A DNA stretch of 64,000 nt from Syntrophus sp. (in: bacteria). Lineage in GTDB: Bacteria > Desulfobacterota > Syntrophia > Syntrophales > UBA8958. The stretch is taken from the NCBI GenBank assembly GCA_025355725.1, contig JANXZC010000109.1:38340-102339 (forward strand), read 5' to 3'. The notes beneath the pieces were generated by a model. That model was given only the letters and a program-made list of their open reading frames with translations, was not told the DNA's origin and did no database searches. The position numbers and the translations under genes were made by a program. This document shows, piece by piece, positions 7,071 to 15,162 of the stretch. Position 1 is the stretch's first letter. Each line of letters begins with the position of its first letter.

Positions 7071-8774
7071 ATGAACCTACTATACTATGGCGATAACCTG
7101 GACGTAATGCGTCGACATATCAAAGATGAAACTGTTGACCTCGTTTATCTTGACCCGCCGTTCAACTCCAATACAAATTATAACGTCCTCTTTGCAGAAA
7201 AAGACGGGAGCAACGCAGCAAGCCAGATTCAGGCTTTCTCGGACACCTGGACTTGGAATCAGGAAAGCGAATCCGTCTTTGCGGAGATCGTGATGACAGG
7301 AGGTAAAGTTTCCGATTGCCTGCAAGCATTTAGGACTTTCCTCGGCGAATGCGACCTGCTGGCTTATCTCGTGATGATGGCCCCGCGTTTGTTGGAACTT
7401 CGCCGCGTGATGAAGCCTACCGCGAGCATTTATCTTCATTGCGACCCAACAGCAAGCCATTACCTGAAGATGCTCATGGACGCAGTTTTCGGAGCGGAGA
7501 ATTTTGTCAATGAAATCGTCTGGAAGCGGTCGGATGCGAAGGGAGATGCCGGACAGGGAGCCAAACACTATGGTCGAGTGAACGATTCTCTTCTGATGTT
7601 TTCAAAAAGGTGTGGAGATAATTTCTTCTCTCCGCAGTTCACCCCGCTTACCTCGGATTATATCGACAAGTGGTATAGACACACCGATCCGGACGGACGT
7701 CGATACAAACTGGATAATATGCTTGGACCTGGAGGGGCGGCCAAAGGAAACCCATATTACGAAGTCATGGGGGTGTCAAGACACTGGCGATATTCCAAAG
7801 CAAAGATGGATGAACTTATCCGCGTAGGGAGGGTAGTGCAGACAAGGCCTGGAACAGTGCCGATGTTTAAGCGCTACTTAGACGAAAGCAAGGGTGTACC
7901 GCTCACAAGTAACTGGACGGACATTCGCCCTATTCATGGGTGGGCTGCTGAAAAACTCGGTTATCCCACCCAGAAACCACAAATTTTACTTGAACGTATC
8001 ATTGAAGCCAGTAGCAGCCCCGGCGGCGTTGTACTTGACCCCTTCTGCGGCTGTGGGACCACGATTGCCGCCGCGCAAGCACTGAACCGTCCGTGGATAG
8101 GGATAGACATTACACACCTTGCGATAACCCTTATCAAGCAACGCATGAAGGATTCCTTCGGCGTAGAACAGAGTGTTCGCGCCACATCGTCGGGGAAAGG
8201 CGAAACGGCAAAGGTCGCGGAAACGGCAACAGAATATGGAAACGTTACAAAGCGGTCTTTCCATGTTTTGGGAGAGCCTACAAGTGAACCGGACGCGGCA
8301 GCTCTGGCGGCATCGGACCCCTATCAATTCCAATGGTGGGCGCTGGGTCTTGTAGGGGCTCGGCCCATCGAGCAAAAAAAAGGAGCAGACAAAGGGATTG
8401 ATGGGCAGATCATCTTCCAGGGGGACAAGAAAGGCACCTTTGAAAGTGTGATCCTGTCGGTTAAGGCGGGAAAAACCGGCTCCGCGCACATCCGTGATTT
8501 GAAGGGAGTTTTGGACCGGGAAAAAGCGGCAATCGGCATTCTGATCTCGATGGAGCACCCAACCAAACCGATGCTGACCGAGGCGGTTACGGCGGGATTC
8601 TACGAGTCCGCAACCTGGGGACAGAAATATCCGAAAATACAGCTCTTAACTGTGGCCGAACTGCTGGCTGGGAAGAAAGTTGAAATGCCCCCGATTAAAC
8701 AAGTGAGTGTGACATTTAAGACGGCTCCAAAGGAGACGAAGAAGAAAAGTGAACAACATGAATTGGATGTGTGA
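7071..8774 (+). CDS. Beta-class N6A/N4C DNA methyltransferase fused to a C-terminal Mrr/PD-(D/E)xK-like domain
   Basis: Motif IV DLVYLDPPFNS precedes motif I VLDPFCGCGTT, the beta-class order. The C-terminal ~170 aa (QFQWWALGLV...GADKGIDGQI...ILSVKAGK...AAIGILIS) resembles the Mrr_cat restriction-endonuclease fold. Confidence 0.88.
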   Translation: MNLLYYGDNLDVMRRHIKDETVDLVYLDPPFNSNTNYNVLFAEKDGSNAASQIQAFSDTWTWNQESESVFAEIVMTGGKVSDCLQAFRTFLGECDLLAYLVMMAPRLLELRRVMKPTASIYLHCDPTASHYLKMLMDAVFGAENFVNEIVWKRSDAKGDAGQGAKHYGRVNDSLLMFSKRCGDNFFSPQFTPLTSDYIDKWYRHTDPDGRRYKLDNMLGPGGAAKGNPYYEVMGVSRHWRYSKAKMDELIRVGRVVQTRPGTVPMFKRYLDESKGVPLTSNWTDIRPIHGWAAEKLGYPTQKPQILLERIIEASSSPGGVVLDPFCGCGTTIAAAQALNRPWIGIDITHLAITLIKQRMKDSFGVEQSVRATSSGKGETAKVAETATEYGNVTKRSFHVLGEPTSEPDAAALAASDPYQFQWWALGLVGARPIEQKKGADKGIDGQIIFQGDKKGTFESVILSVKAGKTGSAHIRDLKGVLDREKAAIGILISMEHPTKPMLTEAVTAGFYESATWGQKYPKIQLLTVAELLAGKKVEMPPIKQVSVTFKTAPKETKKKSEQHELDV

Positions 8775-9011
8775 TTAGGCCGATAAATGTCTGCTGTCTG
8801 GTCTTGATCCTTGCACCTTACCGCATCGCCAAGCCGGGACCAGGATGAGATCGCCCCACACCACCAGGGTCAAACGGAAAAAGGGGGGGGCGATCCTACT
8901 TATGACCCTGAAAAGTTTATGATCGCAGGTATGCTCACTATAATGATTTGCAATGTGGTTTTCATAAAAGGTATGTTTCCCCTGCGAAATCTGATGAATA
9001 TTCTTACCTTA

Positions 9012-9801
9012 TTATCCCTTCAGCTTGGCGTAGAGTCCCTTCAGCTTGGTGCGGTAGATGGTCCGGATCGCTTCCTCGTCCTCACCGATGGGTTTGAGGG
9101 GCACGAGATCCATGACCTCTGCGGGGGTCCGCTGTGACGCGAAGAGAGTCTTCACGGCCCCCTTGACCATCTTGGCCAGCGCGCTCTCGACCTCTTTGGC
9201 TGAAAGACCGAAGGACAGGCCGAGGGACTTCAGTTCTTCGATTTGAAACCAGAGATAGGTGGGGCCCATCGCCGTGAGGATGGCGTAGGCTTCCAGATTC
9301 TCTTCTTTGACATCCGGGCAGTCGCCAAGAATCTTAAAGAATTTCCTGAGATTTCTTTTCTCGTCGCCGGAGAAGGCCGGAGAAGGCCGGGGAAAAAGCC
9401 ACGGGGTTGTAGCCCCTGTTGACGACCGACGGGGCGTTGGGGATCATCCTGACGATTCGGTCGAAGCCACCCAGACCGGCGGACAGTTGGGCTATGGAGA
9501 GTTTGGGGGCCAGGGACACCACAACGGCGTCCTTTTTCAAATGCCCTTTAATGCCTTCCAAGCCGGCCATGACCGCCGGGGGATGGAGAGCGATAAAAAC
9601 TATCGCCGCCCCCGCGGGGTCTTTGACATCGCCGGCGCTCGTTTTGATCTTGGGAAAGCGGTCTGCCAATTTTGAGAGAACCTCGGAATTCGTATCGCTG
9701 ACAAATACGCGCTCCGGCCGTTTGTCCTTGCGATCCAACCCCTCCAGGATGATGCCGGTGACCCTGCCGCCGCCGATAAAGCCCAACGATTTGATCTTCA
9801 T
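9012..9801 (-). pseudogene. proC: Pyrroline-5-carboxylate reductase, frameshifted
   Basis: The N-terminal NADP domain (9334..9801, LGFIGGGRV) and the C-terminal dimerisation domain (9012..9269 plus open frame up to 9370, ...AYAILTAMGPTYLWFQIEEL) lie in different frames. They are separated by a 10-bp tandem duplication. Confidence 0.8.
9371..9390. repeat. 10-bp perfect tandem duplication (AGAAGGCCGG x2)
   Basis: Read directly from the sequence. Removing one copy joins both proC halves in frame (...AFSPAFSGDEKRNLRKFFKILGD...). Confidence 0.9.
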
Positions 9802-9844
9802 GAAGAACCTCCTTATGTTTTATTGGTTTTTCGTTTTTTCCCTC

Positions 9845-10171
9845 TTATGTAATGACTAATTTACCCAAAAAGGATTCCCGATAAAATAAACCGCCAGGAG
9901 CGTTATCATGACCCCCGCTCCTTTCCGGAACCAGTCGCCGGAGCGCCGCCTTGCCGGCATAGCGCTTCTCCAATTTTTGCAGAATCGGCGCCATCATCTT
10001 GCAGGGGATGCACCGGGTCGCCCCCAGGTCCACCATCGTCACCATCCCCTTCACAGGGACGGTCTTTGCCGGTTCACCGGCTGCGCCGGCGGCTGTGGCG
10101 ATTAAAAACAAAGCTGTCAACAGCAGGTACTTTAATTTTCTCTTCATTATATTCTTTAACTCCTTAATCAT
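9845..10171 (-). CDS. Secreted thioredoxin-like CxxC protein, C-terminally atypical (possibly truncated or decayed)
   Basis: Signal peptide, then VDLGATRCIPCKMMAPILQKLEKRYAGKAA (Trx WCxxC region). The last ~30 aa do not resemble the expected beta3-alpha3-cisPro region. Confidence 0.45.
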   Translation of the reverse strand: MIKELKNIMKRKLKYLLLTALFLIATAAGAAGEPAKTVPVKGMVTMVDLGATRCIPCKMMAPILQKLEKRYAGKAALRRLVPERSGGHDNAPGGLFYRESFLGKLVIT

Positions 10172-10318
10172 TGCCGGTCATCGCTGGTGATGCGACTATC
10201 TCCAAGGCAATGCGGGGCTGATTATCATTTTTATAGATCGCTGTAAAGTAATATTGAAAAAAGATCGGACACGAAGGCCGCAAGCTCCCTGAGATTGCCA
10301 CAGGGCCGCAATTCCTGT

Positions 10319-11533
10319 TTAATAAAGAAAGCCGAATAGCCACAGGGGTATTTTATTACCAAAGCCAGTTTCTATCTCATCGGCAGCAATGAAACTGTTG
10401 GTCATTTTACTGATTTGATCATAGGATTTGGATTTCCCGCCTATTTCAAAAGAGTAGAGCGATTTGACAAAAAAGTCTCCCCGCTCGGAAAGTTCAATGG
10501 TGGCATTGATCAGCGTGGGGTGGCTGGAAAAGGCGTTACGGATCTGGTTTACGAAAAAGAGTTCGCGTAACGTCCCTGCTGCCATTCCTTCGCCGATGGC
10601 ATACATCAGGTTGCCGTTTTCCAGATAGATTTTGTCCGGCTTGGTAAGAATCGCATAGCCTCTGCCCCGCTGCCTTAGTAAATTCAGCAGTTTGGCATCC
10701 TGGAGATGCTCAAGATACTCATAAAGCTTGGGACGCGATATCTCTGTTGCCTCTGCAAGCTTGACAATGTTGGGAACAAACGGCAGGCTTATGGCAAGCA
10801 TATAGAGGAGCTTCTTGATCTTGGCAATCTGTCGGATTTCGACCCCGCTGATATAGGGTAGATCCACCTCAAGGATGTGGTTGATAATCTCCCTGAGTTT
10901 GAAGTGGTAATGGGTTTCTCCTTCAAGGAAAAAGGGGTAATAACCGCTCTTGAGGTACTGCTTGAAATGACGCAGGATCTTCAGGTCCTTGCAGATATCT
11001 GTTGCCACGGCCTGGTGGTTCTCAAGAATCTCTTCGAGCGACAAGGGCGGGAATGCCGTATGCCTGGTAAAATTCAAATATTCCCGGAACGACAGCCCAT
11101 GGAGATGATAAATGACAGCCCGACGGCTAAGATCTCCCTTCTGTTGGGTAATCTTGAGCATGCTGGAACCTGTAAATACGATCTTCAGGCCGGGAATGGC
11201 ATCGTAGATCGACTTGATGTGAATGGACCAATCTGGGTACTTGTGGACTTCATCGACAAAAAGGACTTCCCCGCCGTGCTGGTGAAAAGTCCGGGCAAAT
11301 TCGAACAAGTCATGGGCCTGAAAGTAGGGACTGTCGATGGATATATAAAGAACCTTATCACTGCCCTTGAATTGCTCTTTGATCATCTGCAACATCAGCG
11401 TCGTTTTTCCCGTTCCCCGGGCGCCAAGAATTCCGACGCAGCGCAGATCCTGATCAATGGCTTCGTAGAGATAGCGTTTTTTGTTGCCGACTGCTTTTAT
11501 GAGCCGGCCCTGTTCTGTAAAAAATGTTTCCAT
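10319..11533 (-). CDS. AAA_14 ATPase with a C-terminal DUF4143 (PD-(D/E)xK-like) domain
   Basis: Walker A GARGTGKTT and Walker B LFVDEVHKYPDW. C-terminal ...ERGDFFVKSLYSFEIGGKSKS. Start reset to METFFTEQ at 11533. Confidence 0.8.
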   Translation of the reverse strand: METFFTEQGRLIKAVGNKKRYLYEAIDQDLRCVGILGARGTGKTTLMLQMIKEQFKGSDKVLYISIDSPYFQAHDLFEFARTFHQHGGEVLFVDEVHKYPDWSIHIKSIYDAIPGLKIVFTGSSMLKITQQKGDLSRRAVIYHLHGLSFREYLNFTRHTAFPPLSLEEILENHQAVATDICKDLKILRHFKQYLKSGYYPFFLEGETHYHFKLREIINHILEVDLPYISGVEIRQIAKIKKLLYMLAISLPFVPNIVKLAEATEISRPKLYEYLEHLQDAKLLNLLRQRGRGYAILTKPDKIYLENGNLMYAIGEGMAAGTLRELFFVNQIRNAFSSHPTLINATIELSERGDFFVKSLYSFEIGGKSKSYDQISKMTNSFIAADEIETGFGNKIPLWLFGFLY

Positions 11534-11547
11534 AGTCACCCCTAATA

Positions 11548-11598
11548 TGTAAACCTGCATTTACACTTTATGGGCATTATTGTAAACCTCAATTTACA
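11548..11598. promoter_or_regulatory. Two near-identical 18-bp palindromic boxes (candidate operators)
   Basis: TGTAAACCTGCATTTACA (11548..11565) and TGTAAACCTCAATTTACA (11581..11598), 33 bp centre to centre. They begin 15 nt upstream of the ATPase start. Confidence 0.5.
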
Positions 11599-11634
11599 AC
11601 ATAGCATGAATACTCTTTGTCGTTATCGTTCGGG

Positions 11635-11868
11635 CTATTTTTTCAGCCATGAAATGATTTCGTTTTTGGTCGGGATCTTGCCGGAGCATTTGACCTGATC
11701 ATCGATAATCACGGCGGGGGTCATAAAGACGCCATAAGTTGCGAATTTCTTGATATCCGTGACCTTTTCCACGGTTGCATCGAGCTTCAGTTCTTCCAGG
11801 GCTTCTTTAACCAGTTTCTCGACGGCGACGCACCTTGCACAACCAGGGCCTAAAACTTTAATATCCAT
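11635..11868 (-). CDS. Thioredoxin_3 / redox-active disulfide protein 2 family
   Basis: 77 aa: MDIKVLGPGCARC...TPAVIIDDQVKCSGKIPT. Typical partner of ArsP/DUF318-type permeases. Confidence 0.85.
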   Translation of the reverse strand: MDIKVLGPGCARCVAVEKLVKEALEELKLDATVEKVTDIKKFATYGVFMTPAVIIDDQVKCSGKIPTKNEIISWLKK

Positions 11869-11966
11869 GTGTATTTCCTCCTCTTATCATTTATTATGCT
11901 TCCGCAGAAATAATATTTTTCAGTCCTTAAAGAATACAGGATATCTTGCTTCTTCAGCAAAAACGG

Positions 11967-12491
11967 TCAGGAAACATTATCCGCTATTGCCAGGGTGGCC
12001 TCTGCCGATCGCAACCATTCTTTGATCTGTTGCCGCTGTGGCATCGTTCCTACGGAGACAACCTTGCCGTTGATGATCAGGACCGGCACTCCCATAACCC
12101 CGTAGCGGGTAATCTCCCGGAGATCGTCCACATGGATCAATTCACCGGGAAGATGCATCTCAGCCAGGGCTTCCCGGACGTTTCTTTCCAACTGGGTGCA
12201 CCGGGCGCATCCCGGTCCCAGGACAATAATCTGCAAACGGTCAGGTGGCGGATCCTCCACCTCCTGGCCGAGAAATCTCCTAAACTCCCGGACCAAGGCA
12301 AGGCCATAGGCATCTTCGGCACGGTGGGGAATGTAATTCTGCTTAGCCGCCCGCAGCAGGATTTCCTGACCGATTTCCACATCCGAGCACTCCGAAAAAT
12401 CCTTCGCCATGACCTCCATAATCCCCTTAAGGCCGATAATACCTACAAGATTATTATTGATTCTGAGTTGAATAACATTTCCTTCCGTCAT
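11967..12491 (-). CDS. Thioredoxin_3-domain protein with an ~95-aa N-terminal extension of unknown function
   Basis: The C-terminal IIVLGPGCARC...VPVLIINGKVVSVGTMP is a paralog of 11635..11868. The N-terminal half has no motif I recognise. Confidence 0.7.
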   Translation of the reverse strand: MTEGNVIQLRINNNLVGIIGLKGIMEVMAKDFSECSDVEIGQEILLRAAKQNYIPHRAEDAYGLALVREFRRFLGQEVEDPPPDRLQIIVLGPGCARCTQLERNVREALAEMHLPGELIHVDDLREITRYGVMGVPVLIINGKVVSVGTMPQRQQIKEWLRSAEATLAIADNVS

Positions 12492-12564
12492 GAATGATCC
12501 TTTAAATAATCATATCCGTGGAGCAGATACTTTTCCAAAATAAGTTCAAACACTAAATGCATCG

Positions 12565-14037
12565 CTACTTGGTAGCCGTTTTTGTCAACAGGGCTCTATC
12601 GTTCCATCTGTTTACGAGATAGAGAACTGCGGCGAGCATGCCAAGGAATCCTGAGAGATACAGGCCGAGTCGCCACAGACTCGTGCCGTCAATCCAGGCG
12701 CCGTATATCAAACCGGCCAGGGTGCTTAAGAGGGCCACCCAAGCCACGTAGGTCCAGGTCTTGGTCCTGCCGATAATAGCGGACGTGATCAGGATGCTTT
12801 GGAGACTCAGCTCGGGATCAGCCATGAGGTAGGCCAATAGAGGCCCACGATGCATTCCCAGACTCAGGAACATATTGGCTATGGGCACTTCAACAAGGGT
12901 CGGGAAATACATGAACACCCCGAAAACTACCCCGGACAGGTTACCGGCAACGGTATTCGCGCCCGCCAGAAACCGGATCCAGTCAGGTTGAATGAGTTGG
13001 CGAAGAATGCCCACGGCAAAGACGCCGACTACGAGGAGGGGAAAGATCTGCTGAACAAACCGCCAGGATTCCCACAGCCACTCATTGAGTTCGTTGCTTT
13101 GTAAAAATCGGTACCCCATATATGACAGAACAGCCAGATTCAAGGCCACACCGAAAAACTTGCCCGTAAACAGGAGCGTCAATCCCTCTGTATGGGGGTC
13201 CATCCCGACGGCCGCTGTCAGGAGCGTCAGGATTATCATGGTCAGAGCCGGCCACGTCCAGGCGTTGAACCCCTCGATAACATCGCGAAGTCCCTTCCAG
13301 GCCGTGATACCGATGAGGATCAGCAGGCCGATCAGAATGGCACCTTGGGTGGAGACGCCTTCTTCGCCTTTTGCGGCGTCGAAGGGGATCAATTGATAGA
13401 GCCATGCCTGGAAAGTATCCATTCCACGGATGGGGACAGTAATCTGCCCATAGGCGGCGGTCAGAACATCCAGTTTCAGGGTTCCTGAAAGAAGAAGAAA
13501 CACCAGAACCAACAGAAATATCAGCACCCCTCTCCGCAGCTTCCCTTGGTCCATAAAGAGCAAGTCCGTTTCCTCATCATGGGCGGCATCGTCTTTATGA
13601 AAAATGAGGGCCATGATCATGCCGATGCCGATGCCAAAGGCAAGGGACAGAACCAAACGAGCCAGGGCCAAGTCGGCGCCAAGAATGTGCCCCGTATAGA
13701 CTAAAGCCAGGATGTTTGCCGCCGGGGCAAAGAACAGAAAAGTAATTGCCGGTCCGATGCCGGCACCTTTTTTATAAATACCGGCAAAGAGAGGCACAAT
13801 GGTACAGGAACAGACGGCGAGGACTGATCCCGCAAGGGCTGCCGCCGGGTACGACATGGTTTTGGGTGTATTGCGCCCGAGAAATCTGGTAATGGTCTCT
13901 TTTGGGATCAGGGCCGTCATTGCCCCGGCAATGAAGAACGCCGGCACCAGACACAGCAACACATGGGCAGCCAGATAAGAAGCCAGATTTCCCACGCCGC
14001 CCTGAAACAGCTTAATGATGTATGTCAAAGCATCCAT
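12565..14037 (-). CDS. Polytopic permease (ArsP/DUF318-like 'predicted permease' family)
   Basis: 490 aa with more than 10 TM segments and the motif CSCTIVPLFAGIYKKGAGIGPAITFLFFAPAAN. Confidence 0.8.
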   Translation of the reverse strand: MDALTYIIKLFQGGVGNLASYLAAHVLLCLVPAFFIAGAMTALIPKETITRFLGRNTPKTMSYPAAALAGSVLAVCSCTIVPLFAGIYKKGAGIGPAITFLFFAPAANILALVYTGHILGADLALARLVLSLAFGIGIGMIMALIFHKDDAAHDEETDLLFMDQGKLRRGVLIFLLVLVFLLLSGTLKLDVLTAAYGQITVPIRGMDTFQAWLYQLIPFDAAKGEEGVSTQGAILIGLLILIGITAWKGLRDVIEGFNAWTWPALTMIILTLLTAAVGMDPHTEGLTLLFTGKFFGVALNLAVLSYMGYRFLQSNELNEWLWESWRFVQQIFPLLVVGVFAVGILRQLIQPDWIRFLAGANTVAGNLSGVVFGVFMYFPTLVEVPIANMFLSLGMHRGPLLAYLMADPELSLQSILITSAIIGRTKTWTYVAWVALLSTLAGLIYGAWIDGTSLWRLGLYLSGFLGMLAAVLYLVNRWNDRALLTKTATK

Positions 14038-14342
14038 CTTTTTTATCTCCGCAAAATATTGTCCGAGTAATCTCGGGATTTCTGACCAGGGGGTTCCGCC
14101 CTCGAGCTCTTACATAGTACATGCTCATTCAGCAATATAACTTACACTTCATGTTTCATGGCATATATCCTTACCGCTGGATGGAAGATAAACGGTCCCT
14201 GATGATCTTCACATCTCGAATATCGAATAGCCACCATCTCAATTGGCTAAGAATTCATTCTCCCACAACAAGGCCCCCACTATATAGCCGTTTGTGAATA
14301 TATTAATGGAAACCATTATGTCAAGGAAAATTTCGGGGCTTT

Positions 14343-15155
14343 TTACAGGGGCAGCTTTACTACTTCGACATGGCCGATGCTCCGGCCCAGGAACCGCTCG
14401 GCAATAGTTTGAAAACGGAAGGGGACGTCGGATACACAGAAATGGTACTCCGGGGGAATCCGCAAGGGATTGGCAAGTCCTCTTTTTTGCAGAAGCTTAG
14501 CCGTAATCTCCGCCATCGCCTCGGCGGAATCGACGAGATGGATGGATTTCCCGACAATATCCTGAATGAGGGGCTTAAGAAGGGGGTAATGGGTGCAGCC
14601 CAGCACCAGGGTGTCCACATGTTCCGCCAGGATGGGCTTGAGATATTCCTGGGCCGTCAGACGGGTGACGGGATGGTCCAGCCAGCCCTCTTCCACCAAG
14701 GGCACAAAGAGAGGGCAGGCCTGGGAAAAGACGCGGATGGACGGATCATTTTGGTGGATTGTCCTCGCATAGGCGTTGCTGTTGATGGTCGTGGGGGTGC
14801 CAATAACGGCGACCTGCTTCGTTTTTGTCGCTTCCACGGCACATAGCGCACCAGCCTCGATGACACCTAGAACGGGGACGGGAGATCGCTCCTGGATTGG
14901 TTCATAGGCAACGGAGGCAATAGTGTTGCAGGCAATGATGAGCAGCTTGACCCTCTGTTTAAGGAGGTAATCCGTAATTTCGGTGGCATACTGGGTAATC
15001 GTCTCTACAGACTTGACGCCGTAGGGAACCCGGGCCGTATCCCCGAAATAGATTATGTTTTCGAAGGGCAGGCGCTCCATGAGGGACCGGACCACGGTCA
15101 GGCCGCCGATCCCGGAATCAAAGACACCAATGGAATGGATTAATTTCAGGTCCAT
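14343..15155 (-). CDS. murI: Glutamate racemase
   Basis: GVFDSGIGGLTV, catalytic IACNTIAS and LGCTHYPLL. Confidence 0.93.
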   Translation of the reverse strand: MDLKLIHSIGVFDSGIGGLTVVRSLMERLPFENIIYFGDTARVPYGVKSVETITQYATEITDYLLKQRVKLLIIACNTIASVAYEPIQERSPVPVLGVIEAGALCAVEATKTKQVAVIGTPTTINSNAYARTIHQNDPSIRVFSQACPLFVPLVEEGWLDHPVTRLTAQEYLKPILAEHVDTLVLGCTHYPLLKPLIQDIVGKSIHLVDSAEAMAEITAKLLQKRGLANPLRIPPEYHFCVSDVPFRFQTIAERFLGRSIGHVEVVKLPL

Positions 15156-15162
15156 AGATAGC

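Noticed and set aside
8811-9137. A 108-aa plus-strand ORF after the methyltransferase gene.
   Set aside because: It overlaps the proC C-terminal coding region on the opposite strand and has no motif. A G8 homopolymer at about 8883..8890 was noted, but nothing codes convincingly across it.
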